In this document: piece after piece, positions 21,613 through 31,610 of the stretch
Layout: every line of letters begins with the position of its first letter
Numbering within the stretch: position 1 is the stretch's first letter
Assembly: GCA_000146045.2 (NCBI GenBank)
Contig: BK006947.3
Location: forward strand, 416,001-480,000
Direction: 5' to 3'
Length of the DNA: 64,000 nt
Source: TPA_inf: Saccharomyces
Lineage: Eukaryota
Notes under the pieces: generated by a model
Seen by the model: the letters and a program-made list of their open reading frames with translations, nothing else
What the model was told of the DNA's origin: nothing
Database searches by the model: none
Made by a program: the position numbers and the translations under genes

Positions 21613-22317
21613 ATGGTAAATTTTTATGATGACGTGGATGAGTCGAAATCACACGGTGAATTCCCATTAATACCCGTTGTGCTTCAAAATTCATCAGAGC
21701 TATCAGTCAGAACTATACCTACCGGGAATGAAATCATTGAGTCAGTGCACCTGACCAAATGGTTACGGAAATATAGAAACGCACTTGCCAGTCAACTAGA
21801 TCGTTATGAGAAGGGGTGGCAATCCAAGATAGCCAACTTTAGGCTCCAGGTCCAACATGTTATCAATTATTCGAGAAAGAATATTTTCAATGTTGATTCT
21901 GAAAATAAACATACTGTGGTCCCGGGGTCATTAATAGCGTTAGGTGCCTTTTTTGCTGGAAGCATAGCTGTGAACAGGTCTAATTGGGGAGCTAAAAGGT
22001 TGATATTTGGTCACAAATCTAGTATCCTCGAGAAACTATGTACGTCATTGCCATCTAGGATATTGTTACCATGGGTATTGGCAGCAGCTACATTCAAGTA
22101 TTGGGCTCCACAGACATCACAGAATTTGGTCAATGCCACTGAAAATGATTTACTGCCAGCTGATTTCGTCAAGTCATATCACAATACTTGGAAACGAATT
22201 TATGAGGAAGGATATGTTGCCAAGAAATGTGATTTAAAACGTCAAATCGATCAGACATTACAAAAAAATATAAGGTATGCAAGGGAACAGCTTTATGAAA
22301 AGTTGGAGCAAGCATGA
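21613..22317 (+). CDS. MIC27: MICOS complex subunit Mic27 (YNL100W, formerly AIM37), 234 aa.
   Basis: 234 aa product with internal hydrophobic segments. The call rests on size and synteny, not on a recognised motif. Confidence 0.75.
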   Translation: MVNFYDDVDESKSHGEFPLIPVVLQNSSELSVRTIPTGNEIIESVHLTKWLRKYRNALASQLDRYEKGWQSKIANFRLQVQHVINYSRKNIFNVDSENKHTVVPGSLIALGAFFAGSIAVNRSNWGAKRLIFGHKSSILEKLCTSLPSRILLPWVLAAATFKYWAPQTSQNLVNATENDLLPADFVKSYHNTWKRIYEEGYVAKKCDLKRQIDQTLQKNIRYAREQLYEKLEQA

Positions 22318-22566
22318 TATCAAGCGGATATCTTTTTTTGTTCATTATCATGTCCATAGTAAGTATGTCCATATATAAATCGGATAATTAATATTCTATA
22401 AAATTACCCATTAAATAAATTTCATTTATTTTGAATTTCATTTCGTGTGATCTTTAGAAGTTGGTTCGCGAATGGGCCGTGCATCCTGAAACATTTCAAA
22501 CTTTAGGTAAATGGTCATAAAGCTCAGTGCTTTTTCTTTATCTTTTGCATTTTTTTTTTCTTGCCT

Positions 22567-23283
22567 CTACTCCAAAGCTGTCAGTAACCAACTTGGTGCT
22601 TTATTTTTGTCTATTTTTACTAAATTAGTGTCGAAAGCTTCTATAAGCAACTCTACAAGAATTCTACCACCTCTGCTACCAGTAAAGCGTCTATATTCTT
22701 CGGATACACTGGCTAAGTTCCAACCCATTATTCTTCTGAGACATCCAATGACTGTCCCAGTCCTATGTCTTCCCATACCACAGCACACTAGCAAGGGATA
22801 ATTCTCTTGAGTGACGATCGTTTGTAGTACATTAATTATAGAATGTTCAGTGAGACCGTCCCATGGATTATCGTCCTCACCGGCATCCGGGTTGATGGCT
22901 GCGAATTGTAAGTTTATTCTATGAGTATCACAAAACTCTAGGAGGGTATCTTGAGGTTCTTCGTTAGACAGCCATATAATTGTTTTCAGTTTTAGGTTTA
23001 GTAAAAAGGGGAAATTCACAGGTGAAGGCTGACCAGATCTATAGAGGTATCTTTCAACGGGACAGAAATTCAAAGGTGGAACGATACGTTCTTGTGGGGC
23101 ATGTGATACCAAGACCTTTTCGCGACCAGATTCTGTTTCTTCATTGATATATATATGATCATCATCGTCGTCTTCTTCCTCGTCTTCGTCTTCTACTTCT
23201 TCTTCAGGTACGGATACGTTCTCTTCTGTGAGGCGGGACTCATCCTCTGGAACGTCCTCATATTCACCAACTTTAGATGTCAT
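22567..23283 (-). CDS. OCA1: Putative protein tyrosine phosphatase Oca1 (238 aa), with an acidic N-terminus.
   Basis: ATG at 23283. Translation shows the CX5R phosphatase P-loop ([11 protein letters not shown]) and a poly-Asp/Glu N-terminal stretch. Confidence 0.85.
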
Positions 23284-23601
23284 TCTAAGGGGAAAGAGAA
23301 GCTTGTTATTCCAGGTGGAACACCTCTTTCTTGTGAAAATGGATGTGATTGATGACTCTCTGCAATGTCCAATTTTATGTTATAGCGATGTTGTTTGTTT
23401 TTTCCTTTACCCGGCAACCATATGATATTGCCCAAAGTTTCCAATGTTAACAAGAATGAAACGGAAATAGCAAATGGCAATAAGCAATATAAAAACAGTC
23501 ACTTTTTTATTTACTTTTGTATATATTTATAAATGTGTGTACTCGTTTCAACTTTATAGAGTTCTTTTCGTCTTAGCGTTTCTACAACTATTTCCTTTTT
23601 A

Positions 23602-24570
23602 TTAACTTATAATACAACAGCCACCCGATCCGCTCTTGGAGGCTTCACTGGTGTTACCGCCGGGTGCAGCTTGCTGCTTCCTAGCCTGTTTAGCATTTGA
23701 AACTTGACCGGCCTTACTATTATTATTTACACGATTATTAACCGTATTAGCGCTTTGAGCGTTGGCCTGACCAGCTTGGCCCGTGGAATTGTCTATATTG
23801 GTGCGATCAGTTTGTGTCTTACCATTTGTCGCCTGGTTGCCTGCCAACCCTGTCTTACTCTCTATGCTTGCATTCCTGGCATTCACGACAGTTGTGCTAC
23901 TGTTCACATTTTTACCGTTGGCAGCATTGCTCATCTTCCTGTGGCCACCGCTATTTCTAGGCACAGAGTTGGCACCGCTCCCTTTTGTATCTTGAGAAGT
24001 TTGCTTGGAGTTGTCATTTTCCGTCAAAGTCTTGTTGTACTTGCCGCCTTCGTCTCTAACTAAACGTGCTAGAGTGTAAAACGCCTCTTCCACGTTGATT
24101 GCTTGCTTAGCAGATGTCTCCAAGAAAGGAGCGTTCATTTGCTTTGCCATGTTCAACCCGTCCTGGTAAGAGACCTGTTTTTCGTTTTCTAAATCAGATT
24201 TGTTACCAACAACCACAATTGGAACATAGTCGGTATCTTTGACTCTCAATATCTGTTGATAGTAAGTCATAAGCTCATCAAGAGACGACTTGGACGTTAT
24301 AGAGTAAACCAATAGGAATCCTTCGCCGTTGCGCATGTATTGTTCCCTCATAGCAGAGTATTCTTCCTGCCCTGCAGTATCCAAAATGTCCAATATAGAC
24401 ACTTCATCATCAATCACCACTTGCTTCCTGTATGAATCCTCAATTGTGGGATCGTATTCATCTACAAAGTGCGATTGGGTCAATTGTATGGTCAAAGCAG
24501 ATTTACCAACACCACCACCACCAACGACGACTAGCTTGTACTCTCTTATGTTCGACTTGTTCAAAGGCAT
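23602..24570 (-). CDS. RAS2: Ras2 small GTPase (322 aa). G-domain, long Asn/Gln-rich hypervariable region and a CCIIS CAAX box.
   Basis: ATG at 24570. Translation [41 protein letters not shown].. ends in ...GGCCIIS. Confidence 0.96.
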
Positions 24571-24992
24571 TTTTTTTTCTGTATATCTCCTTTCAATTCG
24601 AAAACGGTTAACTTGGTTTTTTTATCCGTAATTCTCTCGTATCTTTCTGCTCAAGTAATTTTCTCCTAGTTGATTAATATAGTGCAGAAGAGTCAGATAA
24701 AGAGTGGATGAATAAAATGGAAAAAAAACAAAAGCCGGATTGCGTTACGCTTGAAATGAGCGATTCTAGGCGATAAGAGAAGACAACGGCTAAAACTTAA
24801 GATGTTGGGGTACTATAAATGTTTACCCAGATTTTCGGTAGAAATGTTTGCTGATGTGAACCTTGTTTCCCGTTTTCCCAGATCCCCTTATTCCAGCTTT
24901 GTTTCGTCTTTGCTGTCATGTTCCGTTTAATTTCTGAAGGCCTGCCTAGCTTCACCGTCCTAAATGTCACGCTCCAGGCAGAGACATGGCGC

Positions 24993-25041
24993 AGGGGCGA
25001 GGCCAGGGGCAAAGGGGTCAGGCAGGAACCTCCAAGGGGGG
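24993..25041 (+). promoter_or_regulatory. Cluster of four AGGGG (STRE-like) motifs and G4-G6 runs 420-470 bp upstream of RAS2 (AGGGG at 24993, 25005, 25013, 25035; GGGGGG at 25036..25041). One CCCCT lies at about 24886.
   Basis: Motifs read directly from the sequence. Function is not established. Confidence 0.3.
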
Positions 25042-25268
25042 CGAGGTGAATGAAAAGGTCCTTCTGAATAAAAAGCCTAAGCGATTAGCCACACCACCCA
25101 CTGTACGGCGATTAGACTGAGCTGCTGGCGCTGCTACGCCGTGACAAGTCATTTCATCATTTATTACGTTTTATCGTGCCGTCATCACCATCGATTTGAA
25201 TATTTTATCTAGACCGGTAGGGCCCAAGTATCTTGCAGATCCATTGATACGGCCACGCCCGTTAAAAC

Positions 25269-25310
25269 GCTAAGATATATATATATGTAGCTAAGATATA
25301 TATATATGTA
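25269..25310. repeat. Perfect 21-bp tandem duplication gctaagatatatatatatgta x2, in the PHO23 3' flank.
   Basis: Two identical adjacent 21-mers at 25269..25289 and 25290..25310. Confidence 0.9.
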
Positions 25311-25365
25311 TATATTCGGTATTTAGTAGATATTTCCTTAAGGCGATATTCGCCCGAGAGCTATT

Positions 25366-26358
25366 TCACAGTTTTTTTTTGCAGTCGTCGCAATACCACT
25401 TGCCCTTAGGTAGAGTTTCGAGTCCAATACATGGCAAATGGAACCATTCTAGCTCACAGTCTGCGCCATCACACCCCACCATTTCCCCGTATGCCACTTG
25501 GTTACAGTAGCAGTAGAGCGGTTCGCCGTAGTCGTTGGTTTTTGGTCTTGATATCCTGCTGTTGTTGCTGTTTCCGACGCTGCTAACTCCCCTGGACGCT
25601 GTAGATGTACCTATCCTGCCATTATTGACGGCAGTTGCCGTGCTGATAGTGCTTGGTGAAACGGCTGTGGTGGCAACTCTCCTCTTGCGTTTTTTGGTCT
25701 CTGGATCGGCGTTGTTGGTATTGGCAGCGTTGGCTCTTTTTCTTGAGTTTGTGTTGTTACCAGTGTGGTCTTGGCTCTCGTGCCTGCTGCCTCCGTAGTT
25801 TGCGTCGTTCTTTGAGTCGTCTTGTTGGTGTGTGCTGGCGGAGTAATGTTCGCCCTGCCTCCTGTTGGCAGCCATGGCTTCTCTTCTTGATTCGCTCTTC
25901 AGTGCCTGCGACGATTTGCTGTTTGATTTGCTCTCTATTTTTTCCATTAGTTCATGATGGAGGTGCATTGCTGGATGGTTGTCCACACCCAGTCTTAAAC
26001 CTCTAGGAATTTCTGTGTTCTTGATTGCGACTTCATACGCCAATTCTAACCGGGACGTCAATCTGTCTAGATTATCCAGCATAATGGATGAGACATGCAT
26101 TTTCTCCTCCAGCGATGGCATCAGTTCTTCATAAATCTTGTTGATATTATTGAGCAGTCTTACTTGTGTTTGGTGATCTTTATTGAAGTCTTTCTTCAAG
26201 AACTTATCTATCCTCTCGTTCAAATTCGGCATAGAATGCACACATTTTGCATCTATTTCGTGTAGTAATGTTAAATATCTGGAGGTGGCCAGTGGGAATT
26301 CCTCCAGCACGTCAGTTATGTCGTTTAATCCAGGGAATAGGTTCGCTGGTGAACTCAT
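25366..26358 (-). CDS. PHO23: ING-family Rpd3L subunit Pho23 (330 aa), with a C-terminal PHD finger.
   Basis: ATG at 26358. C-terminal C4HC3 PHD (YCYCNQVAYGEMVGCDGADCELEWFHLPCIGL...WYCDDC). Confidence 0.9.
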   Translation of the reverse strand: MSSPANLFPGLNDITDVLEEFPLATSRYLTLLHEIDAKCVHSMPNLNERIDKFLKKDFNKDHQTQVRLLNNINKIYEELMPSLEEKMHVSSIMLDNLDRLTSRLELAYEVAIKNTEIPRGLRLGVDNHPAMHLHHELMEKIESKSNSKSSQALKSESRREAMAANRRQGEHYSASTHQQDDSKNDANYGGSRHESQDHTGNNTNSRKRANAANTNNADPETKKRKRRVATTAVSPSTISTATAVNNGRIGTSTASRGVSSVGNSNNSRISRPKTNDYGEPLYCYCNQVAYGEMVGCDGADCELEWFHLPCIGLETLPKGKWYCDDCKKKL

Positions 26359-27005
26359 TTGTACGTATTTCAGACTATGAACGTGGTTGCTGTTTGTGAT
26401 ACTGCAAGACTACAAACTTTTCTCCTTCCGGGTTCGTCCTGTTGTAAACGCCTAACTCTTTTCCTTAGGCTCCTTTTTCGTTTTTTCCCTAGCTCTTTCT
26501 TTCTTCTTCATGTGCATGCACTCTTTCCTACATATTTTTTTTTCAAGGGCATTTTTAACTTTCTTCGGAAATCGTCTAAGAATTGTAAACTATAATTGCA
26601 AATACGCGATTAGCTCTATCTAGAATACCGAAAAAAAGGTTTGCCACTCACAATTGGACGTGCCTCAATTATTTCAAGTATACGTCATTTGGGCTTTTGA
26701 CTTGTAAAATATACTCAAATGAAATTCTGATTATACAAAGTTGAAACACGTAACACGCCATGTCAAGGTACGCGTAGAGGTAAGCAGATAATGCATGGAC
26801 AATGTGCTGGGCGAAGAGGCGGATCTAATTACACATACTTGGGATCATCTAAGATTTCAGATGGTTATGTTAATGCTCACTTGTTCCACGCCTTTTTCCT
26901 TTCCTTCAGATAAGTAATCCGCATATCAATGTGAAAGAACTAACGGTTGTTGATGGACGTATCGTTGTCTAGCGATAAATAATGCTTTTTCTTCAACAAA
27001 TAAGT

Positions 27006-27119
27006 GGTTGTTTGGCCGAGCGGTCTAAGGCGCCTGATTCAAGAAATATCTTGACCGCAGTTAACTGTGGGAATACTCAGGTATCGTAAGATGCAAGAGT
27101 TCGAATCTCTTAGCAACCA
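27006..27119 (+). tRNA. tL(CAA): tRNA-Leu, anticodon CAA. Exon 1 is 27006..27043, a 32-nt intron is 27044..27075, exon 2 is 27076..27119 (82 nt mature, before CCA addition).
   Basis: A box TGGCCGAGCGG and B box AGTTCGAATCT are present. The acceptor stem GGTTGTT pairs with AGCAACC, and the anticodon stem CCTGA pairs with TCAGG. The anticodon loop is TTCAAG followed by C, giving U33 and anticodon C34 A35 A36; the intron sits immediately 3' of position 37, as in the yeast tRNA-Leu(CAA) family. The long variable arm fits a Leu tRNA. Confidence 0.92.
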
Positions 27120-27122
27120 TTA

Positions 27123-27130
27123 TTTTTTTT
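27123..27130 (+). terminator. Pol III terminator: a T8 run 4 nt after the tRNA 3' end.
   Basis: tttttttt sits immediately downstream of the tRNA discriminator base. Established Pol III termination rule (at least 5-6 T). Confidence 0.8.
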
Positions 27131-27355
27131 CCTTTTTATCTGATTGCAGCGAGAACTTGGGAAATCAACCCAATATGTATTCCAAAATGTCAAAACACCA
27201 ATTAAAGCATCTCTATATTGACAGATACAAAATATATTTAAGTATACATTCATAATTATTTTACTCGAATTAAAAAAGCCCACTTTTTGGAAACCTCCTT
27301 TTGTATTCTCATAACTATGTTTCTTTTTTTATTATTTTTTCTTAATATTATTTTC

Positions 27356-27402
27356 TTTAAGTATGACAAATGATGAGAATGATAGTTATCTCACTATTTA
27401 GT
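27356..27402 (+). mobile_element. Possible degenerate fragment of a Ty1/Ty2 delta LTR, about 45 bp, roughly 240 bp downstream of the tRNA.
   Basis: agtatgacaaatgatgagaatgatagttatctcactatttagttgg resembles the internal delta segment AGAAGATGACGCAAATGATGAGAAATAGTCATCTAAATTAGTGG as I remember it, at roughly 75% identity. Flanking sequence does not match delta ends. Confidence 0.3.
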
Positions 27403-27826
27403 TGGTCTGGCTTGGAATTTCAAAAACAATTTGTTTGCCAGTCAACTTGTTGTAGACAGCTTGGAAAGATTCCAACTTGTAGTCGATTTGTTGAACATCC
27501 TTGGAGTCTAACAAAACCTTTTGGATCTTGTTACCACCAACCAAATATCTAACTCTTTTACCGACAATTTCAGTTGGGAAAACCATGTCTTCCAAAACCT
27601 TGTCGTGAACAGCAGTCAAAGTTCTGGATCTTGGTCTCTTTTGGACTTGTCTAGATGTTCTAGATGGTTTTGGCAAGATTCTTCTTTCAGCCAAGAAAAT
27701 AACATGACGGTCAGGGAATTTCTTTTCCAATTCACGGGTCAATTTGGTTTGGACCTTATGGTATGCAGACAAAGCTGGAACTGGGACAAAAAGGACTAGT
27801 GCTTTCTTACCACCGGTGACATCAAT
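27398..27826 (-). CDS. RPS7B: Ribosomal protein S7 (RPS7B), exon 2: 142 codons plus stop. It is joined to exon 1 (28172..28315) to give a 190-aa protein.
   Basis: A 3' splice site tttag|ATT lies at 27828/27826. Translation [53 protein letters not shown]... matches eS7. The ORF track started this piece at a TTG (27772). Confidence 0.88.
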   Translation of the reverse strand: MDVTGGKKALVLFVPVPALSAYHKVQTKLTRELEKKFPDRHVIFLAERRILPKPSRTSRQVQKRPRSRTLTAVHDKVLEDMVFPTEIVGKRVRYLVGGNKIQKVLLDSKDVQQIDYKLESFQAVYNKLTGKQIVFEIPSQTN

Positions 27827-28171
27827 CTAAACAATAAGAATCAAGCAGCGTTGAAATAAAGTTAGTAACTGAATTGGTTCATTCATAACAAAAAAGGGTT
27901 TGTGATTCTTCTCCTTGGGGTAAGGTCTTTTTCGCGTGCTTCTATTTTATTCATCGATATTGGTACTGACCAAGGAGGCCTTTATAGTTCAAAGGCTCAT
28001 CGCAACGTTCATGGTATTGACAGCTCTCGGAATTACTATTTTTCTCGAACACATGAAAATTTCATACAGATACTGCTCAAAATCACTCTTTTTTGAAAAA
28101 ATTACTGCAAAGAACCCCTTTAGAAGAAATCACAATGTTGCTGCTTCCAAATTATATAACTTTTAACATAC
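27827..28171 (-). other. RPS7B: RPS7B spliceosomal intron (345 nt): 5' GTATGT, branchpoint TACTAAC, 3' TAG.
   Basis: Minus-strand GTATGT begins at 28171. TACTAAC is the reverse complement of + 27812..27818, ending 13 nt before the 3' splice-site AG at + 27827..27828. These are canonical yeast splice signals. Confidence 0.85.
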
Positions 28172-28315
28172 TTCTCTGATAGATTTGATTTGCAATGGTC
28201 TCAAGTCAGCCTTTAGTTCTGGAGAGGAGCTTTCTAGATCGATGAAGGTCTTGGCGACTTGTAATTCCAACTCACTTGGAGCTTGGGATAAGATCTTGGA
28301 TTGGACAGAGGACAT
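28172..28315 (-). CDS. RPS7B: RPS7B exon 1 (48 codons): MSSVQSKILSQAPSELELQVAKTFIDLESSSPELKADLRPLQIKSIRE.
   Basis: ATG at 28315 on the minus strand. The reading frame ends at GAA, directly followed by GTATGT. 48 + 142 aa = 190 aa, the eS7 length. Confidence 0.85.
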
Positions 28316-28651
28316 TGGTCAGTTATGTGTCTAGTCTTTAGTGTGTTGGTTTCTCTTCTGTTTGTATATACAAAGTCAAATAACACATATTTTAACCATA
28401 ATCAATAGCATTTGGTATTTCCCCCTCCGCGTATTATGAACGCCTAGTGAGCCCATTCTTCCCTAAAGCCAGGCTGGAAACCCAAACTGTGTGGAACGTG
28501 ACTGAATTGCATTTGGTGAGTTACCAAGCAAAGGCTCGCAGGCTTGAACCACATTTTACCAGGGCGCTCGCTTTTTCCGAAATATTGAAATTAAGCAAAA
28601 CAATAATGTACGGATTTAAAGAGGTACGGATGGAGACCGTAGAAAATTGAC

Positions 28652-28666
28652 TTTTTTTTTTTTTTT
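28652..28666 (+). promoter_or_regulatory. T15 poly(dA:dT) tract about 340 bp upstream of the RPS7B ATG. This is a nucleosome-excluding element typical of ribosomal-protein gene promoters.
   Basis: Homopolymer read directly from the sequence. Its role is inferred from general knowledge of yeast RP promoters. Confidence 0.45.
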
Positions 28667-28911
28667 GTTATTTTCTGTGCCTTTCGTAACTACTACTATG
28701 CAGAATGACAGGTAGTTGTTGTTTCGAATTGCTACTTTCACGCATTCAACTTGATCAACATTTCTCTCTGATGAAAGGTTGTGGAAAGTTTGGTCGTGTC
28801 TATAAGTAGGTGTTTTTTATTAGTTCTATATAAAAATGGAGAATGTTAATTTTAACCCACCCTAAAACAGTGATTAGGAGTGGTAATAATTTTTTGTTTA
28901 ATGGATTAAAA

Positions 28912-30840
28912 CTAAAGGTTCATCTGTACTTTCAGAAAGTAAGACACTAAAAATGGCAAGCTAACAACCATTAGCGGGTATTGCAGCATTAAGAAAAATG
29001 AAACACACTCCATTTGGATTGGCGCAGTTGTTTCTGGCGGCGTAAAACTGGCGGTGAAATATATAAGGGTAGTCATCGTTGGCAAGTTCCAGCTGATTGC
29101 TATAACAAATAGTAGCATTCTATCATCTTGCCAATTAACCCATCCAGCTTTCACTAACCGATCACACCATAGGACACCAAAAATTGGCATGACACATTGT
29201 CTCAAAATGACGAGTGTCACAGCGGCTTTCCAAAATCCAGGATAAAGGTTGCCAATCTTTAATCTTCCTAAAGTTGCTCCTAATAATATCAACCCAAATG
29301 GAACACATGCGGCACCGACATAACCTGTAAAATCCATGAAAAAGCTTAATGGTGGTGCATTGTCAGGAGCTTGGCTTATGTGAGGAGTATTAGCGGTAGT
29401 CACGAACAAAGCCTTGACCCATGGGATAAATGCAACAGTTAGGGCGATGATCACGGCCATAGAGCACGGTCTCAAACAATTCTTTAGGAAAAACACAAGT
29501 AATGGAGTTAATGAAAATTTTCTCATCCACTGTGGTAATGATTCGCCGGATGTTTCAATATCCTTTTTACTTACAGTGGCATCTGATGTTAAGATCCTGG
29601 TTAGGTTAGCAGTTTTTATAGTCTGTAAAGTGGAATTTGAGCTAATTGAATGCACATCATTCATATCAGCGCCGCGTAAACTGGAATTCCTCCTTTGATG
29701 ACCATACTGGTCAACGTTGGAGTACTCTCTGATAAGATGGTGTATATTTTGAGAAGGTAATGCACGCATATCAATGGAGCGGATAGGTTCCAATGCCGCC
29801 ATAGACATATTTTTTGGGCATTTTTCATCTAAACAGTTCTCTTCTAGGAGTGTGGTAGTATTGTAAGCTCTCGGCTGGCTCGCGGTTCTACGTGCTCTCA
29901 TAGTATCTATGCTACTCTCATAACTCTCTGACGTATTATAAGAATGTATTGTTGAAGCAGATGATTGGCTATCTAATGGATTTGAACCACGAGTTGCCTG
30001 TGACTCTTCGCTTTGAGTGCACGCAATAGTATTTCTTGCCTTCACCTGAACTGGTTTTGTAATCTTTGAATTCGAAGAAGTGTCTGGTAGTGACAGGGGA
30101 GCTATACTATTTGTTGATCTCCTTGAAATTGGTGGTACGTCTGCGTTTTCACCCTTTGTACCTATAGCTTCAGTGAGACTATCGCGAGCGGTGTACTTAT
30201 TGTTGAAAAGCTGTTGTTCGTTTGAGAAGAAACGCTCGCTAGTATCTGTATTAGTTGTGTTTGCACTTACTGCGGGCTGTGTCTTTGTCGTTTCTGAAAC
30301 CCTAACGGCGCTTTCATCGTCGTTGTACTCGAAATCGCTTTCAATCAGTCGAAACCCCCCCAAATTGAAAATGCAAATTAGAAACATTGTCAGAAATATA
30401 ATGACGTTAGCCACACCTTTGTTACCTTCTTCTTCCGAAAATACAAGCCCTTGGTCCATAGATTGTAAATATGCAATTGGTAAATCACTTATATTTGGAA
30501 ACATACCACCGGCAAGAATACCACCGTACCATTGTTTAGGAACAGGCAGGAATAGCCTAACAACGTATGCAAAAAAGAACCCAGAACCAAATATTAGGAG
30601 GGCAGACAGACAGATAATTCCCACAGATTTGATGTCTTTATCTTCAATATTAGCGACAATCTTGTTGAATGACAGAGAGGGTAGTAAAACTGTTAGCACG
30701 ATATCAGAAATAATTCTTGTTGCTTCAACCGTAAGAATTCCCATTTTAGCCATCAGAAAGCCGACTCCTATAATCAAATAAATCTTGATTATCGGCTTAA
30801 CTGACACCCATATCGCTTGACCCAGAGTAATGTGCACCAT
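28912..30840 (-). CDS. Putative membrane transporter of the auxin-efflux-carrier (AEC) family, 642 aa (YNL095C).
   Basis: ATG at 30840. Hydrophobic N- and C-terminal multi-pass halves are separated by a long hydrophilic Ser/Thr-rich loop, which is AEC-like topology. Synteny. Confidence 0.82.
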   Translation of the reverse strand: MVHITLGQAIWVSVKPIIKIYLIIGVGFLMAKMGILTVEATRIISDIVLTVLLPSLSFNKIVANIEDKDIKSVGIICLSALLIFGSGFFFAYVVRLFLPVPKQWYGGILAGGMFPNISDLPIAYLQSMDQGLVFSEEEGNKGVANVIIFLTMFLICIFNLGGFRLIESDFEYNDDESAVRVSETTKTQPAVSANTTNTDTSERFFSNEQQLFNNKYTARDSLTEAIGTKGENADVPPISRRSTNSIAPLSLPDTSSNSKITKPVQVKARNTIACTQSEESQATRGSNPLDSQSSASTIHSYNTSESYESSIDTMRARRTASQPRAYNTTTLLEENCLDEKCPKNMSMAALEPIRSIDMRALPSQNIHHLIREYSNVDQYGHQRRNSSLRGADMNDVHSISSNSTLQTIKTANLTRILTSDATVSKKDIETSGESLPQWMRKFSLTPLLVFFLKNCLRPCSMAVIIALTVAFIPWVKALFVTTANTPHISQAPDNAPPLSFFMDFTGYVGAACVPFGLILLGATLGRLKIGNLYPGFWKAAVTLVILRQCVMPIFGVLWCDRLVKAGWVNWQDDRMLLFVIAISWNLPTMTTLIYFTASFTPPETTAPIQMECVSFFLMLQYPLMVVSLPFLVSYFLKVQMNL

Positions 30841-31610
30841 CTGATGAAAATTTGAGGTTTCAATCCCTTTCTCTGTTTGATTCTATAACTTCTCCAAAAA
30901 AATTGCGCTGACGCTAATTAGTCACTGTTTATATCTTTTTTAGCGATGATTTGTAACAATATGCCATAAAAGCGTTCTCTAACTGCGGAAGTGATGAGAA
31001 TTGAATAGTTTTATTCAGAAGGCAATATATCCTAATATGGCACAAAAAGGCAACTTGTATGCACAAAATGAGCATAAGAGTTCAGGCAGAACGTTGTGCT
31101 CTTGATCCAAAGGTTAAAAGTCATCGAGTAGGAAGATATTGTAACCTTCGCGCAAACCGCAGCCGCAGCGGGTCACGTGGTCGCGCAAATGATGATGAGG
31201 GCGCGGTCTAACTTTCCAAACGAGGTTACCAACAATTCTCGGACAGATAAAGCATTAGAATAGGGTGGCAACGCCTTTACGGTTAGCTTGTTCATTGTGA
31301 TTGGTTTGTGTATCTTTTCTTGGCTTTTTATGCCCACGAGACATAAAGTATACGAAGCTGTTATACTATTCGTGATCCAGGGCAAAAATTTAGCATCATT
31401 AAGGCATATATATCGCAAATAGTGGGTTGCACAAGGCTTTCAATAAACAGTGTCATATGTTTCTCTAGCTCTGTCGGTTTGTTGGCTATAAAGAGTTTGT
31501 CTAGTAATCGCCGTCTTTTCTTGGGACCATTAACACAGACAAGGACATTGAAACTTGGCTATAAGTTCCGTCAAAGGGGGAAAAAATTGCTTTGGAGAAG
31601 GAATAAAAAG

